Assembly (NCBI GenBank): GCA_963695895.1
Contig: CAVOIK010000014.1
Coordinates: 6,412 to 70,411 of the forward strand
DNA: 64,000 nt
Direction of reading: 5' to 3'
Source of the DNA: an uncultured delta proteobacterium
Lineage (GTDB): Bacteria > Desulfobacterota > BSN033 > UBA1163
The notes under the pieces were generated by a model that worked only from the letters and a program-made list of their open reading frames with translations, was not told the origin of the DNA and did not search any database. The position numbers and the translations under genes are program-made. Positions 33,990 to 45,885 of this stretch are shown here, one piece after another. Every line of letters starts with the position of its first letter. The stretch's first letter is position 1.

Positions 33990-34072
33990 TAAGGCGTTTT
34001 CGGAGACGTTACCTTGCTGTGGGAAAGAAAAAAGAAGCGAAGATTGCTTACCGAGGGTCCTGTTACGGGAGG

Positions 34073-34165
34073 CAAGACGAATTTTGATCTCTATCTGAAG
34101 GAACAGTTGGAGATCCGGGGTTTGCAGAACACTTCGAGGAGGCTGGTGAAGCTTGGGACATTGAT
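34073..34165 (+). pseudogene. Fragment of an HTH antitoxin (HigA-like N-terminus)
   Basis: KTNFDLYLKEQL(E)DPGFAEHFEEAGEAWDI across a frameshift; no start codon and no HTH part. Confidence 0.5.
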
Positions 34166-34366
34166 TTTCGAGTATTTCAATTAGGGACACATCCCATTTA
34201 TCTGTCGCAAACATGGAGTCACCGAGACTATCCCGTGCACTCTCGCAAGAATGGATCAGGATAGTCACTTAGGTGATTTTCGATGCAGTTCCTACCAAGT
34301 AACCATTTGAATAAAAATGTGGACAAAAAAGAGTTATGGGATCCATATTACGAGAAGGGAACTTGA

Positions 34367-35785
34367 ATGAAAGATTCTGTGTTTGAAGCGTTTCGGCAAT
34401 TGAATCGGGAGAATCTTCATCGCATCTGGCGATGTGCCCGCGATGAAAAGTTGGAAGATTTGAACGAGGAAGAGCAACGGCTTGGCCAGATCATGCTCCA
34501 GCACTCGGAGGAGTATTTCAATCAGTTTGAATTTGCCGATGTCGTGGCTGATCGAGAGTTCGATCCGGAGAGCGAGGTTAATCCGTTCCTGCATATTACC
34601 CTGCACGCCGTCATAGAGAACCAGCTCAGGGACCGCGATCCCATCGAGGCGTTTCAATTCTATAATGCCATGATCAAGAACAAATGCACTCGCCACGAGG
34701 CCATACACCTTCTGATGGCTATTCTAATCAGATTCCTATTCCCCATGCTTAAGACGCAAAGTACGTTTCCGCTTAATCGCTACTCGCGAGCTTTTGAAAA
34801 AATACAAATCTCGGAAACCAGATAAGATTATTGGACTTCTGGAAGACGAACCGGATCCGGTTGAGAGAAAAGAATCCAAAAACTACTCAGGTTCTGGACG
34901 AGATGCTTTCGGCATTGGAAAACCAAAAGTTCCGATCCATCGACGAGGCTCAAAACTTTCTAGACGCCTGGACAGCGAGGAGAAATGCAGAGCCCGTGCC
35001 TGAATTTCTGGGGTTATCGCCAGAGCAGATGCATCGTGTTCTTTATCGGCCCTTTGAGGACACTTCGGATATTGTCACGCTGAACAAGAATATTTCCAGG
35101 GAGGAGATTGCAGAGGTTCCGGTGGTAAGGGAGACCGTCTATTTCTTGAAGCGACTTAGTGAGTTGGAGCCTCTCAAGGCTACGGTAAAGGGTAATCTTC
35201 CAAGGGCATTCGCCCAAGAGATGCACAGGGTATTCTCCCGAAGTTCCTGGTTTCGATTATCCCATCATGTCAGAGCAAGATGACTGGAAATTATCGGCAT
35301 TACGCTATGTCCTCGATGTGGGCGGATGGATCAAGAAACGCAACCAAAAGTTTTCGCTGACTCGCAGAGGACGAAATGTGGTCAAGAATGGATTTGGCCC
35401 AGACGATTTTTTTCATCTCCTGGATACATATCTTCACAGGTTCAACTGGGCTTCTCAGGATTTTTATCCGAGCCTGGACATCATCCAACAGGGAGTTCTC
35501 TTTTCCTGCTATCTCCTCCACCGGAAAGCAAATGCATATATTCACGCTGATGAGCTGGCCAAGTGTTTTATCCAAGCATTTCCTAATATTTTGAACACGG
35601 TGGAGGAAGATCCCTTCAGTGAGTCCGGAACCATTGTGCACAGGGCGTACTGCGTCCGTTTCCTTGAACGTTTTCGTGCCTATTTCGGACTTGTGACGAT
35701 TAAAACAGAGCAAAAACCTCCCTTCGTTGTCAATTACGAGGTACAGACAACTCCTCTCTTCAAGAACGTGCTTCTGTGGAAATAG
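34367..35785 (+). CDS. DUF1841-domain protein probably fused to a longer hypothetical C-terminus (frameshifts)
   Basis: NPFLHITLHAVIENQL (DUF1841) followed by overlapping ORFs 34794, 34831 and 35267 (EFLGLSPEQMHR, FNWASQD). Confidence 0.6.
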
Positions 35786-35870
35786 GGAATGACTCTCTTT
35801 CTTTGTGGAACAATCTGCACCCCGTGGTGTGTTAGTGTGATCAGGGACGAGATCCTATAACGTGAGGTAA

Positions 35871-36479
35871 ATGCCCATGGCAAAATGTGTGACGTGTGGA
35901 GAGCGGAAGGGCAATCGGCTCTGCCCGGGAGTCAATGGGAACATCTGCTCTTTATGCTGCGGAACCAAGAGGCAGAAAGACATCGAATGTCCTCGATCCT
36001 GTGACTATTTGATGAAGGGGACCGAGTATCAGTTGGATCGGGACGTCACACGAAAGATCAACGAAGATCTTCACGCGCAGTCCGAAGACGTATTCCAGAT
36101 GGAAGAGGTTATCCCCTTTGTTATGTCCATAGAAAGGTTCTTTGTTGACCAGTTTTATCATGATCGAAAGGTTAACGATGATCACCTCCATGAGTCCCTG
36201 AAAAAGATTTATGCCTTTCAGTCCGGGAAACTCCCTGTCTTGGAAGCGGAGAATGAGATCGAAAAAGTAATCTTTAAGAAGTTTCATGAAGTAGATAGAA
36301 AGGCCAACAATCTTGGGGAGAGTTTGAAGGCCAGAGCCATCCTGAGGATCATCAAGTCGATTCGGTCTTCGTCGGGCGGCGTCTTAGGAAACCGGAACTA
36401 CATCGAAATGATCTGTAGCCAACATACGGGCAAGGGGAGATGGGCAGGCTTGGTCGAGAAACTGGAGCCCAATGAGTGA
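35871..36479 (+). CDS. Hypothetical protein with Cys-rich N-terminal zinc-binding domain
   Basis: CVTC..RLCP..ICSLCCG..IECP..CDY; GAGGT RBS. Confidence 0.75.
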   Translation: MPMAKCVTCGERKGNRLCPGVNGNICSLCCGTKRQKDIECPRSCDYLMKGTEYQLDRDVTRKINEDLHAQSEDVFQMEEVIPFVMSIERFFVDQFYHDRKVNDDHLHESLKKIYAFQSGKLPVLEAENEIEKVIFKKFHEVDRKANNLGESLKARAILRIIKSIRSSSGGVLGNRNYIEMICSQHTGKGRWAGLVEKLEPNE

Positions 36480-36521
36480 GGGGTGTCCTCACCAATCCGA
36501 AACTTGGAGAGAGAAAAGCCG

Positions 36522-36764
36522 ATGGTAAAGACTAAGACCAGGAAATTAGCGGCCCCATCTAAAACTCACAAAAAAGTTACCTGGCAGAATATTTGTCCCA
36601 CTTGCGTCAAGTATGATCATCCTGATCACTCTCCAGACTGCGACCTGTGTCGCCAATTCGGAGTGACCGAGGACATCCTGTGTACTCTAAACAGGATGGA
36701 TCAGGAAGGTGACCCAGGCGATTTTCAATGCGACGCCTACCAACCCAAGCATCCACGGCAATAA
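36522..36764 (+). CDS. Small Cys-rich hypothetical protein
   Basis: CPTC, CDLC, LCTLNR.DQ, FQCDAY. Confidence 0.6.
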   Translation: MVKTKTRKLAAPSKTHKKVTWQNICPTCVKYDHPDHSPDCDLCRQFGVTEDILCTLNRMDQEGDPGDFQCDAYQPKHPRQ

Positions 36765-36922
36765 AAGTCCCTCTCTTCCTCTCAAAGTGCATTAGAGACA
36801 CCTCCCATATTTACAGCGATCCCCTTTTTCCTGGGGAGGAAGCTCGGTAGAGCCTTTGCACTTAGGAGCAGGTAATAGGCCGGTGTCAGGGGTGCCAATA
36901 TCAATCTGACTCCCGCCAACTT

Positions 36923-39622
36923 CTATCTTAGGGCCGCCCACAATTTCTCTACCAACGAAACCGCTTCTTTCTCCGGCAGGCAGTATTTCATCTCCAAGAA
37001 TCGCTTTCTGAATTGAGAGACCTCTTTGGCCACATTTCGGTTGTGCAGAATCACCTGGCTCATGTATTCGGCCAATTCTCCAAAATCCTTCTCCTTCATT
37101 CCGAATCGGGTCATTTCCTGAACGCCCGTCCGCAGACAGCTGGCAGCGGTAAATCCTTCGTCATCCGGTGCTCCCTGATAGTTGACGATGACGTTGTTCT
37201 GCTCCAGTCGTTCAGCCACCTCAGGTCCCTTCCCATAACCAACCCGGATGATCACCTGGTGCGTTTCCGTGTAATCGATTCGCGGGTCTCCTTCCACCTT
37301 TAACCCTTGGTCTTTCAGGGCTCTTGCAAAGGCCTTGGCGTTGGAGACGACAGCCTTTTGATAATCCGATTTGAAAACATTCATTTCATAGGCAGCCATC
37401 AAAAGACCGAGCAGCGTCCCCAAGTGGTGATTGCTCAGGCTTCCAGGAAAGACTCGGCGTGTAATGGCATCCCAGAGCTCCTCGTACTCAGTTCCTTCGG
37501 ACATGTTGCTGGCGACAACGCCTCTTTGGGATCCGAAGAGGGTCTTATGGGTCGATCCTGTTACGATGTCTGCTCCTTCCTTGAAAGGTTCTTGGAAGGT
37601 GGGACCTACCAACCCCAAGACATGGGCCATGTCGTAATGGATCAAAGGTCTTGGATTCATCTCGGAGATCATCTGAGCGATCTCCTTCACGGGCTCCTTG
37701 TGAATGATCATGCTCTTACCCAGAACGATGAGCTCCGGTTTGTGGAGATCGAGAAGTTCGGGTAATTTCTTCAGATCGATCTGATACGGATTGTCCTCCA
37801 AGACGGGGAATTCAACCACCGCCGGTCTTTCAGTCACTGGATCGATCGAGACAAAATCCCTGAGTGCTCCCATGAACTGGGCGCTCAGATGGCCTCCTCG
37901 GCCGAGGTGGTGGTTGATGACCTTCCGGATTCTTCTCGGTTCACTTTTTCGATCCAGTCGGTTGAGGTAGTCAACCATGCCGCTAAAAACCGCAGCGTTG
38001 GCCATCTGACCGCTGATCACTCGCGTCTCCACCTCAGAGCAGCCCAGGAATTCTCGGAGTTCCTCGATGAGGCGGACTTCCACTTCTTCGATGAACTTGG
38101 TTCCCTGATAGTAGAAGACCTCTTGCCCTCCAAAGGCCTTCATCTCTCGGTGTTCGGCGTACCGACCCGAGGGATCCATGATGGTGAGCAGTCGGACAAG
38201 CAGGGAAGGGGTTGTTTCAGAAGGAATCAAGTTGATCGTCTCTTTCTGTCTCCAGAGGGTGTTCTGGGTCGCTTGGTTCACCAGATGTGTCGCCAACGCT
38301 TTGAGATCTCTTTCAGACGGGTTTCTTGACTCGAACCTCTTCAACAAAGACAGGACGCGCATAAGGCGGTGCCTCTCCCGAGAGGTGCCTTTCGACAATC
38401 ACCGCTTCAAAAGACTTTCCGCGATGTTGAATCTCCATCTTCTGTCCTTCCTCCAGGTCCGCATCGAGATAGGCCAGGGCGATGGGCCTCATCTTTTTCT
38501 CGTCGGAAGGTCCAGAAAGGATTCCTGTATCCGGGAAGACCCAGTAGGGAACCATGGTTCCACTGGTGACATGTCCTGACGGGTCCTCCGTTTGCGAAGA
38601 CCTCATATCCCTGTCTGGCAATCCCCTGTCCTGTCACAGTAATAGGTTGAATCCTCTTGGGAACCGCCTGTTTTTCTTTTGGGGGAAGAGCCAGACGATT
38701 CTCTCGTGCTTTGACTTCTTCAAACTGTCTGTCTCAGTGCTTCACGGCCAATGTACTCACCCTTGAGACTCGAGAAGCTCATGGCCAATCGGGCCACTGA
38801 AGGGACCGCATAGATCGGAATTTCTTTCCCTTGGACATCGAGCCCGAGCTCATGACCATAGAGAGGAAGCCCTGCCTCGAGTCTCAGGGTATCTCGTGCG
38901 CCCAAACCCACAGGAACGATCCCGCGACCTTCTCCCACAGAGAGAAGATGTTCCCAAACCTCTTTCATCCGTTCCGTTGGAATGAAGAGCTCGAAGCAGA
39001 GAGGTTCTCCGGTGTAGCCTGTCCTTGGGATAGTTACCCAGGCCCCATTGAACTGACAAGCCTTCAGCCGGTTTCTCCAGGGATCGGGAAGTCTTGAGCG
39101 AGTCTGTCGCAGAATGTCTTCCAGAACTTCCTTCGATCTCGGTCCCTGCAGCGCCACCATGCCGATCACATCGGTCTTGTCCTCAACGGTGACCTGTGGA
39201 AATTTCTTCTTCTGCTCCATAAACCATTCCCAGTCCTTGTCTTTGTTGGCGGCATTGACGACCAGAAAGTAGCCGGATGGATCAGTGGGGTCATCCTCAC
39301 TCAATCGGTAGAGATAGGCATCGTCAATGGCCCCACCCCGTTCATTGGGGATCAAGGTATACTGAGCCATGCCCGGATCGAGAGCGAGGGCATTATTGGT
39401 CAGGACGTGCTGGAGAAAGGGGATGGTGTCTTTTCCACGAATCAAGAAACGGCCCATGTGCGAGATATCGAAGAGACCGCCGTATTTTCGCGTGCTGAGA
39501 TGCTCGTCGATAATTCCCCGTTTGTAGGCCACAGGCATCTCCCATCCCGCGAATTCGACCATTTGCCCGCCGTGCTCCTTGTGCCATGCATTCAAGGGTG
39601 TCTTCTTCAGGTTCTTTTCCAT
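36923..39622 (-). CDS. gcvT-glyA: Fused aminomethyltransferase GcvT - serine hydroxymethyltransferase (~890 aa; 3 frameshifts)
   Basis: GcvT motifs (FAGWEMPV, FDISHMG, TGYTGE, GLGARDTLRLEAG) run via GHVTSGT...PPYARP into SHMT motifs (LIPSE, GGHLS, DMAH, GSTHKT) with no intergenic gap or separate RBS. Confidence 0.85.
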
Positions 39623-39811
39623 CTAAGAACTCCTTCCTGCGCCGCACCTTTCCTGTCCCATGTCGGCTGCAATCTTATTTTTATAAAATATTAGGCGTCA
39701 CGTCAAACAGAAAATGATTCCCTCTTGCAAGTTGCCGATCTCGCAATCCTGCCAATGCCCAAGCCAAGGCATGTGATTTATTAGGCCATTGATGAGACTC
39801 AAGGCTAGGAA

Positions 39812-39863
39812 GCGAAGCTCCACGCCCTCAAGGGCGGAGGTTAACGGGGCACTTGCCGGTCAA
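39812..39863 (-). mobile_element. Internally deleted family-1 miniature element
   Basis: Reverse complement ttgaccggcaagtgccccg...cgcccttgagggcgtggagcttcgc. Confidence 0.55.
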
Positions 39864-39975
39864 TGTTTTCTCTCAGGGGAAAGGCGCGTGTCAAGCAAGA
39901 AAGCCCCCGGGGCTCTCTTGTTTGACGACGGAGGATATAGATAACTAGGGGGCAACTCGACTCGCACTTTGGCGA

Positions 39976-40539
39976 TTATTTAACGACCTTGGGTTCTCCG
40001 ATAGGAAGAACCTTTCTCCCGTGGGATTCGTTGATGACCTCCGCCATCGCAAGATAGATGGCAGAGCAACCGCAAATAATTCCTTCTAACCCCGCAAGGG
40101 TTCCAATAGCCGCACTACCTGTCCAGTCGCGTATTGCGAGAAGCCAGAATAGAATGAACAGGGAAAGAAAAATAAACTGTAGGCATCTGTTTTTCCCAAA
40201 TGTGCCTATCCACATGAAAAAGGTGAAGGTCCCCCAAACAAAAAGATACCATCCCATGAAGGCTGGCGAACTCGGGAAATCCTTGAACACAATGATGAAG
40301 ACCAGGGTCAACCAGAAAAGACCGTAGGAAGTGAAGGCGGTTAACCCAAACGTGTTGCCTTTCTTAAATTCAAGAATCCCGGCAATGATCTGCGCGATTC
40401 CGCCGTAGAATATTCCCATTGCCAGTATCAACGATGCGATTGGGAAAAAGCCCGCATTGTGAATGTTGAGCAGCACAGTCGTAGTTCCAAACCCCATTAA
40501 GCCAAGCGGTGCAGGGTTTGCAAGTTTTTCTCCTTCCAT
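39976..40539 (-). CDS. satP: Acetate/succinate uptake transporter (GPR1/FUN34/YaaH)
   Basis: LANPAPLGLMGF, NTFGLTAFTSYG.FW. Confidence 0.92.
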   Translation of the reverse strand: MEGEKLANPAPLGLMGFGTTTVLLNIHNAGFFPIASLILAMGIFYGGIAQIIAGILEFKKGNTFGLTAFTSYGLFWLTLVFIIVFKDFPSSPAFMGWYLFVWGTFTFFMWIGTFGKNRCLQFIFLSLFILFWLLAIRDWTGSAAIGTLAGLEGIICGCSAIYLAMAEVINESHGRKVLPIGEPKVVK

Positions 40540-40924
40540 ATCGATTATCCTCCTTTCCGATGAATGATCTCTTGGTTTAACGTTAACATTCTGTGCATTA
40601 TTTCACTTCTTGCGTATTTACTTAATACGTCAGACTGGTTTTTGTCAAGGATTTCTTCCTAGAAAAAGTGAATTTTTACACAATTTGAACTTAGAAATTA
40701 TTCGCTAATAATATCAAAATATTACGTATACAATGAAGACTTAAAGCTCGATCATTTTGAGCTCTTAACTGTGCGAGGAAAGGTTCTGGTTTGCCCAAAA
40801 GTGAATTCGTTAACAAGCAAATCCTCACTTGATTTTCGATCGGTGTGTTATAGAATAGTTAGCAATTTTGTTGATCAAGGAAAGAGTAAGAAAAAATTCA
40901 TGAAGTCGATCGGAAAGGAAAATC

Positions 40925-42013
40925 ATGTTTGAAACAATGATCGGAAGACACAAGACAGAAGTCGATACTCCGGCCTTGCTGCTCTACATGGATGAAGTTG
41001 AGAGGAATATCAAGACCATGGCAACCTACTTCGCTGATAAGCCGTGTAAGCTCAGGCCTCACGTAAAAACACACAAACTCCCTTGGATTGCCCACAAACA
41101 GATTGAGGCAGGAGCAATTGGCATCACCTGTGCCAAGCTTGGGGAGGCAAAGATCTTTTTCGAAGCAGGAATCAAGAATGTCCTCGTTGCCAATGAGATC
41201 GTGGGAGGCACGAAGATCCAACGGTTGGTCCACCTTGCGGGTTATGGAGATCTTATTGTCTGCGTGGATCAGTTTGAGAACGCTAAGGAGATCTCGGAAG
41301 CAGCCGGAGAGCACGATCGGAAGATAAATGTTCTTGTAGAGGTCGATGTCGGCCTGGCCAGGTGCGGAGTGAAACCGGGCAAACCTGCTCTGGAGCTGAT
41401 TCAAAAGCTATCTCAACTGAAGCACCTCAGATTTCGAGGCGTCATGGGTTACGAAGGCGGAATGTTTATCGAGCATCTGGAGGAAAAGAAGAAACAGACT
41501 CAAGAGTGCAACCAGCGCCTCGTCGAGACGAAAGAACTGATCGAAAGAAACGGGTTCCCTGTGGAGATCGTGACAGCCGGAGGGTCGAATACATTCAATC
41601 TTACTGGGACTTGCCTCGGGATCACGGACATCCAGGTAGGGTCCTACGTGACGATGGACAGCCATAACCGGTATTATGGTCTCCACTTCGAGCAGGCCGT
41701 CACCGTCCTAGCGACAGTGATCAGCCGTTCCGAAAAAGGGAGAGCCGTAATCGACGCCGGGATGAAGTCGCTTTCTTCGGACAACGGGTTCCCTGTTTGC
41801 AGAGATTCCGGCATCACGGTGTTTAAGCTGAACGAAGAGCATGGCCATATCAAAATCGAGAACCCTGAGCACGATCTTCGAGTAGGGGATAAGATTGAGA
41901 TTATCCCAAGCCATGGCTGCACAACGATCCCTTTCTATGACCGTTATGTAGTGATTCGGAACGATCGGGTAGAGTCTGTCATGGAGATTCATGCCCGCGG
42001 TGCCAATCAATAG
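40925..42013 (+). CDS. DSD1-family PLP enzyme (D-threonine aldolase/D-serine dehydratase-like)
   Basis: DTPAL, RPHVKTHK, RCGV, DAGMKSLS.D, EEHG, PSHGC. Confidence 0.88.
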   Translation: MFETMIGRHKTEVDTPALLLYMDEVERNIKTMATYFADKPCKLRPHVKTHKLPWIAHKQIEAGAIGITCAKLGEAKIFFEAGIKNVLVANEIVGGTKIQRLVHLAGYGDLIVCVDQFENAKEISEAAGEHDRKINVLVEVDVGLARCGVKPGKPALELIQKLSQLKHLRFRGVMGYEGGMFIEHLEEKKKQTQECNQRLVETKELIERNGFPVEIVTAGGSNTFNLTGTCLGITDIQVGSYVTMDSHNRYYGLHFEQAVTVLATVISRSEKGRAVIDAGMKSLSSDNGFPVCRDSGITVFKLNEEHGHIKIENPEHDLRVGDKIEIIPSHGCTTIPFYDRYVVIRNDRVESVMEIHARGANQ

Positions 42014-42089
42014 GCAAAGAACATAGCGCAGAGCGCGAAGCACGAGAGGCAAACATACATCCTGCGTAAAGGAGAAAGGAGCAGAATAT

Positions 42090-42665
42090 ATGAAAGTGGT
42101 TGCGTTCAACGGAAGTCCAAAGAAAGAGGGGAACACGTACTTACTCGTTCAAAAAGTGTTTGGTGAGCTTCAGAAGGAGGGAATCGAAACAGAATACGTC
42201 CACATCGGCGGAAAATCTCTCCACGGGTGTACGGCATGCCTTCGCTGCAAGGAGAACTTGGATAAGAAATGTGCATTGCCGGACGACGGACTGAACTCCT
42301 ACATCGAGAAGATGGAGAAAGCGGAAGGAATCATTCTGGCCTCTCCGGTCTATTTCAGCAATGTCACCTCGGAGATGAAGGCGCTTATAGACAGGGTAGG
42401 GTTTGTGTCAAAGGCGAACGGAACGCTTCTTAGACGAAAGGTGGGAGCAGCGGTGATTGCCGTGAGGAGAGCGGGCGCGACCATGGTCTACAGTGACATA
42501 AATTTCTTCTTCGGCATCCAGGAGATGATCATCCCCGGTTCCTCCTATTGGAATTTTGGAATCGGGAGGCTCCCAGGGGAAGTTCTCAAGGATGACGAAG
42601 GAATAAGCACAATGGAGACCCTGGGAAAGAATATGGCCTGGCTCTTGAAGAAGCTCTACGGTTAA
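42090..42665 (+). CDS. Iron-sulfur flavoprotein / flavodoxin-family FMN reductase
   Basis: NGSPKKEGNT, CTACLRC...C, SPVYF, PGSSYWN. Confidence 0.9.
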   Translation: MKVVAFNGSPKKEGNTYLLVQKVFGELQKEGIETEYVHIGGKSLHGCTACLRCKENLDKKCALPDDGLNSYIEKMEKAEGIILASPVYFSNVTSEMKALIDRVGFVSKANGTLLRRKVGAAVIAVRRAGATMVYSDINFFFGIQEMIIPGSSYWNFGIGRLPGEVLKDDEGISTMETLGKNMAWLLKKLYG

Positions 42666-43598
42666 GGCGTGACAGGCGCTGATGTAGAAGCATTCGCAAT
42701 CCTTTTTCTCCAATTCACAAGATAGATTCCAAGACACACCAGGGGGAGCCCTATCATGAGGGAAACGGTGAGTTCCTCCTTGAGGAAGAGGATTCCAAAA
42801 AGGACGCCGAATATAGGCGTGAAGAACGTGAAGGCGGAGAGCCTGCTCACGGAATAGCTGTGGATCAGTTTGAACCAAATGAGGAGGCTGATAAAGGCTA
42901 CAATAACTGATTGGTAGAACATGAAGGTAACGATGGAGAAGTTGATCTGGTAAACCCAATCCTTCTCAAGAATCAGGCTCACAATGAGCAAAATCGGCGT
43001 AGAGAAGATAAGCTGATACAGAAACGTATTGATGGGGTGGATCTTCTCTGCCATGAACTTCTTAATGTAGACCGTTGTTGCTCCCCAGAAGACAGCCGCC
43101 ATGATCTGGAGGACGTCCCCCAGGAGCATGGTTTCCTTTGCCGCCTTAGGTTTTCCTTGAAACACGATATAGACGCCCGATAAAGGCAAGAACTAGGCCC
43201 ATTGTCTTCTGAAAGGTGAGGCGATCCCCTCTGAGAAAGAGATGGGCTCCGATCGCCACTACGAAGGGGCGGTATAGACAAAAACCACGGAACGCGCGGC
43301 ATCCGTATAAAGCATTCCAAAATAGATGCACGCGAACTCCAAGCCGAAGAGAAGTCCTACCATGAATCCATGAAAGAGCATAATGTCGGTATGGAATAGT
43401 TTCTCGCCCTGTTGGAGACAATAGATCACGCCACAGATCGAAGCGATCAAGGAGCGCAGGGTCGAGGCAAAGACCGGAGCGATTCCTTCGTTGGTGAATC
43501 TTGATGGCCGTGTAGTTGAATCCCCAGAGAGCGGTCAGAATCGTGATGGTGATGATGGCCTTGGGATCCAAGAACTCTTTGCTCTGCGATGTGGCCAT
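42662..43598 (-). CDS. DMT/EamA family transporter; frameshifts
   Basis: Multiple TM helices; YTAP, FTFFTPIFGV. Confidence 0.85.
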
Positions 43599-43620
43599 GT
43601 TGCGCCTCGTTGGTTGAAGG

Positions 43621-44813
43621 TCAGAGATAAACCACGTCCTTTGGGGATTCGGTCACCCTTTCGAGGCCTTGCTCCCTCACGATGAAATCTACTTCGATGC
43701 CTACAGCGCCTTCATTCGGGAAAACAAATTTGGGCTCAAAAGCAAAAACCATTCCGGACTCAAGTGGCTTTTTTTCTCCTCTCCTGAGGATGGGCCATTC
43801 ATTGATCTCGAGACCCAACCCGTGCCCGACAAAAGAGACTTTTCCCTGTCCATAGCCCATAAAGTTTGGTGCCAGCCCCTCTTTCTCAGCAATCTCTTGC
43901 ATTCGTTCGTAGATGTGGCCGGGGAGTTCCCCAGCTCCGGCAGAGGATTCCATCTCGGCAATCATGTGGAGTGCGACCTGACAGGCTTTTTCAAAATGGC
44001 TTTTCAAGCGGCCTATGACGAATGTCCGGGTCTCATCAGTGACGTAGCCGTTATATCCGACGCCATAATCTATGACAATCGGCTGATCTCTCTGGATCTT
44101 CTTCATAGAAGAGCCTTGAGCAATGGCCGGGGTTGTCCCGTAACCCCCCAGGGGGGTATCGCAATAAGACGTCCCGCTTGCACTCTCTCCAGAGAGGACG
44201 TGAATATTCATCATCTCCTGGTTAAGCCCCCTCATCCTTAGCAGGCCTTGATGCCCCATGGTCCTTCCCAAAGAAGTCAAAATTCCATCGAGTTCCACTT
44301 CGGTCATTCCCTCTCGAAGGTGATGTCTCACTTCGGAAAAAACACGAGTCACAATCTGCCCAGCCCTTTTGATCTGGGAGATTTCGAATTCGCTCTTGAC
44401 GCTTCGGATCTTCTTCATCTCCGGAGACAGGTCAACCATCTCCCAATCCTTGAAGAAGGTCTTGATCCTGTTGAACAGGGCAACGGGAATTACGTCAAAC
44501 TCGAAACCCACCCTGGTTCCCCTAAACCCATGTTCGCTCACCAAACTAGGAAGAGCTTTGAGAGATGGTGTTTGGATGCATTTCAGGGGAGTCTCTCCGA
44601 CGGCCCTTTCATAGTTCTTCTCGACAAAGAAGACCGCATCTCTGTCTGGCTTGGGACGAGGAGGTACCCTCTCTGTATCGAGCCGCTGAAATAGAAGAGA
44701 TCCACATTCTGAATGACGAAGGCGAGATCAATCTCCTTCTTTGCCATCTCTTCTTGAAGGCGTTTGATTCTTTTGTTTATCTCATCTGAAGGGGTGAGCT
44801 CGTATGCCGTCAT
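43621..44813 (-). CDS. Xaa-Pro peptidase family (M24); frameshifts near 44600-44650
   Basis: RSVKSEFEI, GYVTDETRT, GHGLGLE, FEPK, GIE. Confidence 0.87.
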
Positions 44814-45096
44814 CACTTTTTACTCCATAGTCTATGCGTTGAAATGCGACCGTCACTGTATCCTTCTTGTATCGCAAATAGCTGCGATCTGTCAATGTCC
44901 TCTACCTGCAAATTGACAGGTAACTTCCTTTTTGATATAGGTTTTTCGTTGGTATGTTCATTTCCACTCCGTGGCCATTGGCCGTGTAACAATACGACTC
45001 AGGGGAAGCATTCTTTCTCTTGACGGTGTGCCTCTTAATGGGTGACCCTTCCGCCTTCCTATTGTGACATCGGTAAGTTGGAGGAAGAGGGGTGAG

Positions 45097-45693
45097 ATGA
45101 AAGTGACAAGTCAGACTAAAGAACTTCGTGGGAGTTTCAAGCGCTGACGCCTAAGAGATGGACCGACTTTGAGGAGCTTTTCGGTCCGCACGGTGCTACC
45201 GGCGGTTGTTGGTGCATGTGGTGGAGATTAACGAACAAGGAATTCGATGCCCAGAAGGGTGAAAGAAACCGGAGAGCGATGAAGGCCATCGTTGAACTCC
45301 GGTCGTGTTCCGGGTATTCTCGCGTACCACGACGGGCACGCAGTGGGCTGGTGTTCAGTGGCTCCACGAGAAGAGTTTCCAAGGCTGGAACGGTCCAGAC
45401 TCCTGAAGCCGGTGGATGATCAACGGGTTTGGTCTGTCGTGTGCTTTTTTGTTGCGAAAGAGTACCGAGGTAAAGGAGTTGCCAAGCGGTTGTTGAAGGC
45501 AGCGGTGGAATATGTGAGAGAGCAGGGCGGCAGCATTTTGGAAGGCTATGCAGTCGAGCCGAAGGCCGGAAAGATGCCCGACCTCTTTGCATACCATGGC
45601 CCTGCTTCTCTCTACCGCAGTGTGGGATTCAAGGAGGTTGCGCGCCGTTCTGAAACGAGGCCGATGATGCGATCTCTGATTGTGAAAAAATAG
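45097..45693 (+). CDS. GNAT family N-acetyltransferase; frameshifts
   Basis: GGCWCMWWR, GWCSVAPR, WSVVCFFV, YRGKGVA. Confidence 0.85.
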
Positions 45694-45764
45694 AAAACGG
45701 GAACCAACATTGCAGCTATTGAAAAATCTTCCGTCTCCCTGCTAATACAAACGCATTAAGTAAA

Positions 45765-45873
45765 TTGACCGGCAAGTGCCCCGCAAGCCCCACCTTGTAA
45801 GCGGGGTCAAGGGGCACAATTAAGACGATATTTCCTTTCCGGGAAGCCCCGGCCTGTGGCCTGGGAGCTTCAC
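45765..45873 (+). mobile_element. Miniature IS200/IS605-end-like element (family 1)
   Basis: ttgaccggcaagtgccccg ... gggaagccccggcctgtggcctgggagcttcac. Confidence 0.6.
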
Positions 45874-45885
45874 ATTTTTAGATTC

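Noticed and set aside
30600-36800. Prophage or integrative element
   Set aside because: No integrase, phage structural genes, tRNA target or att direct repeats at the boundaries.
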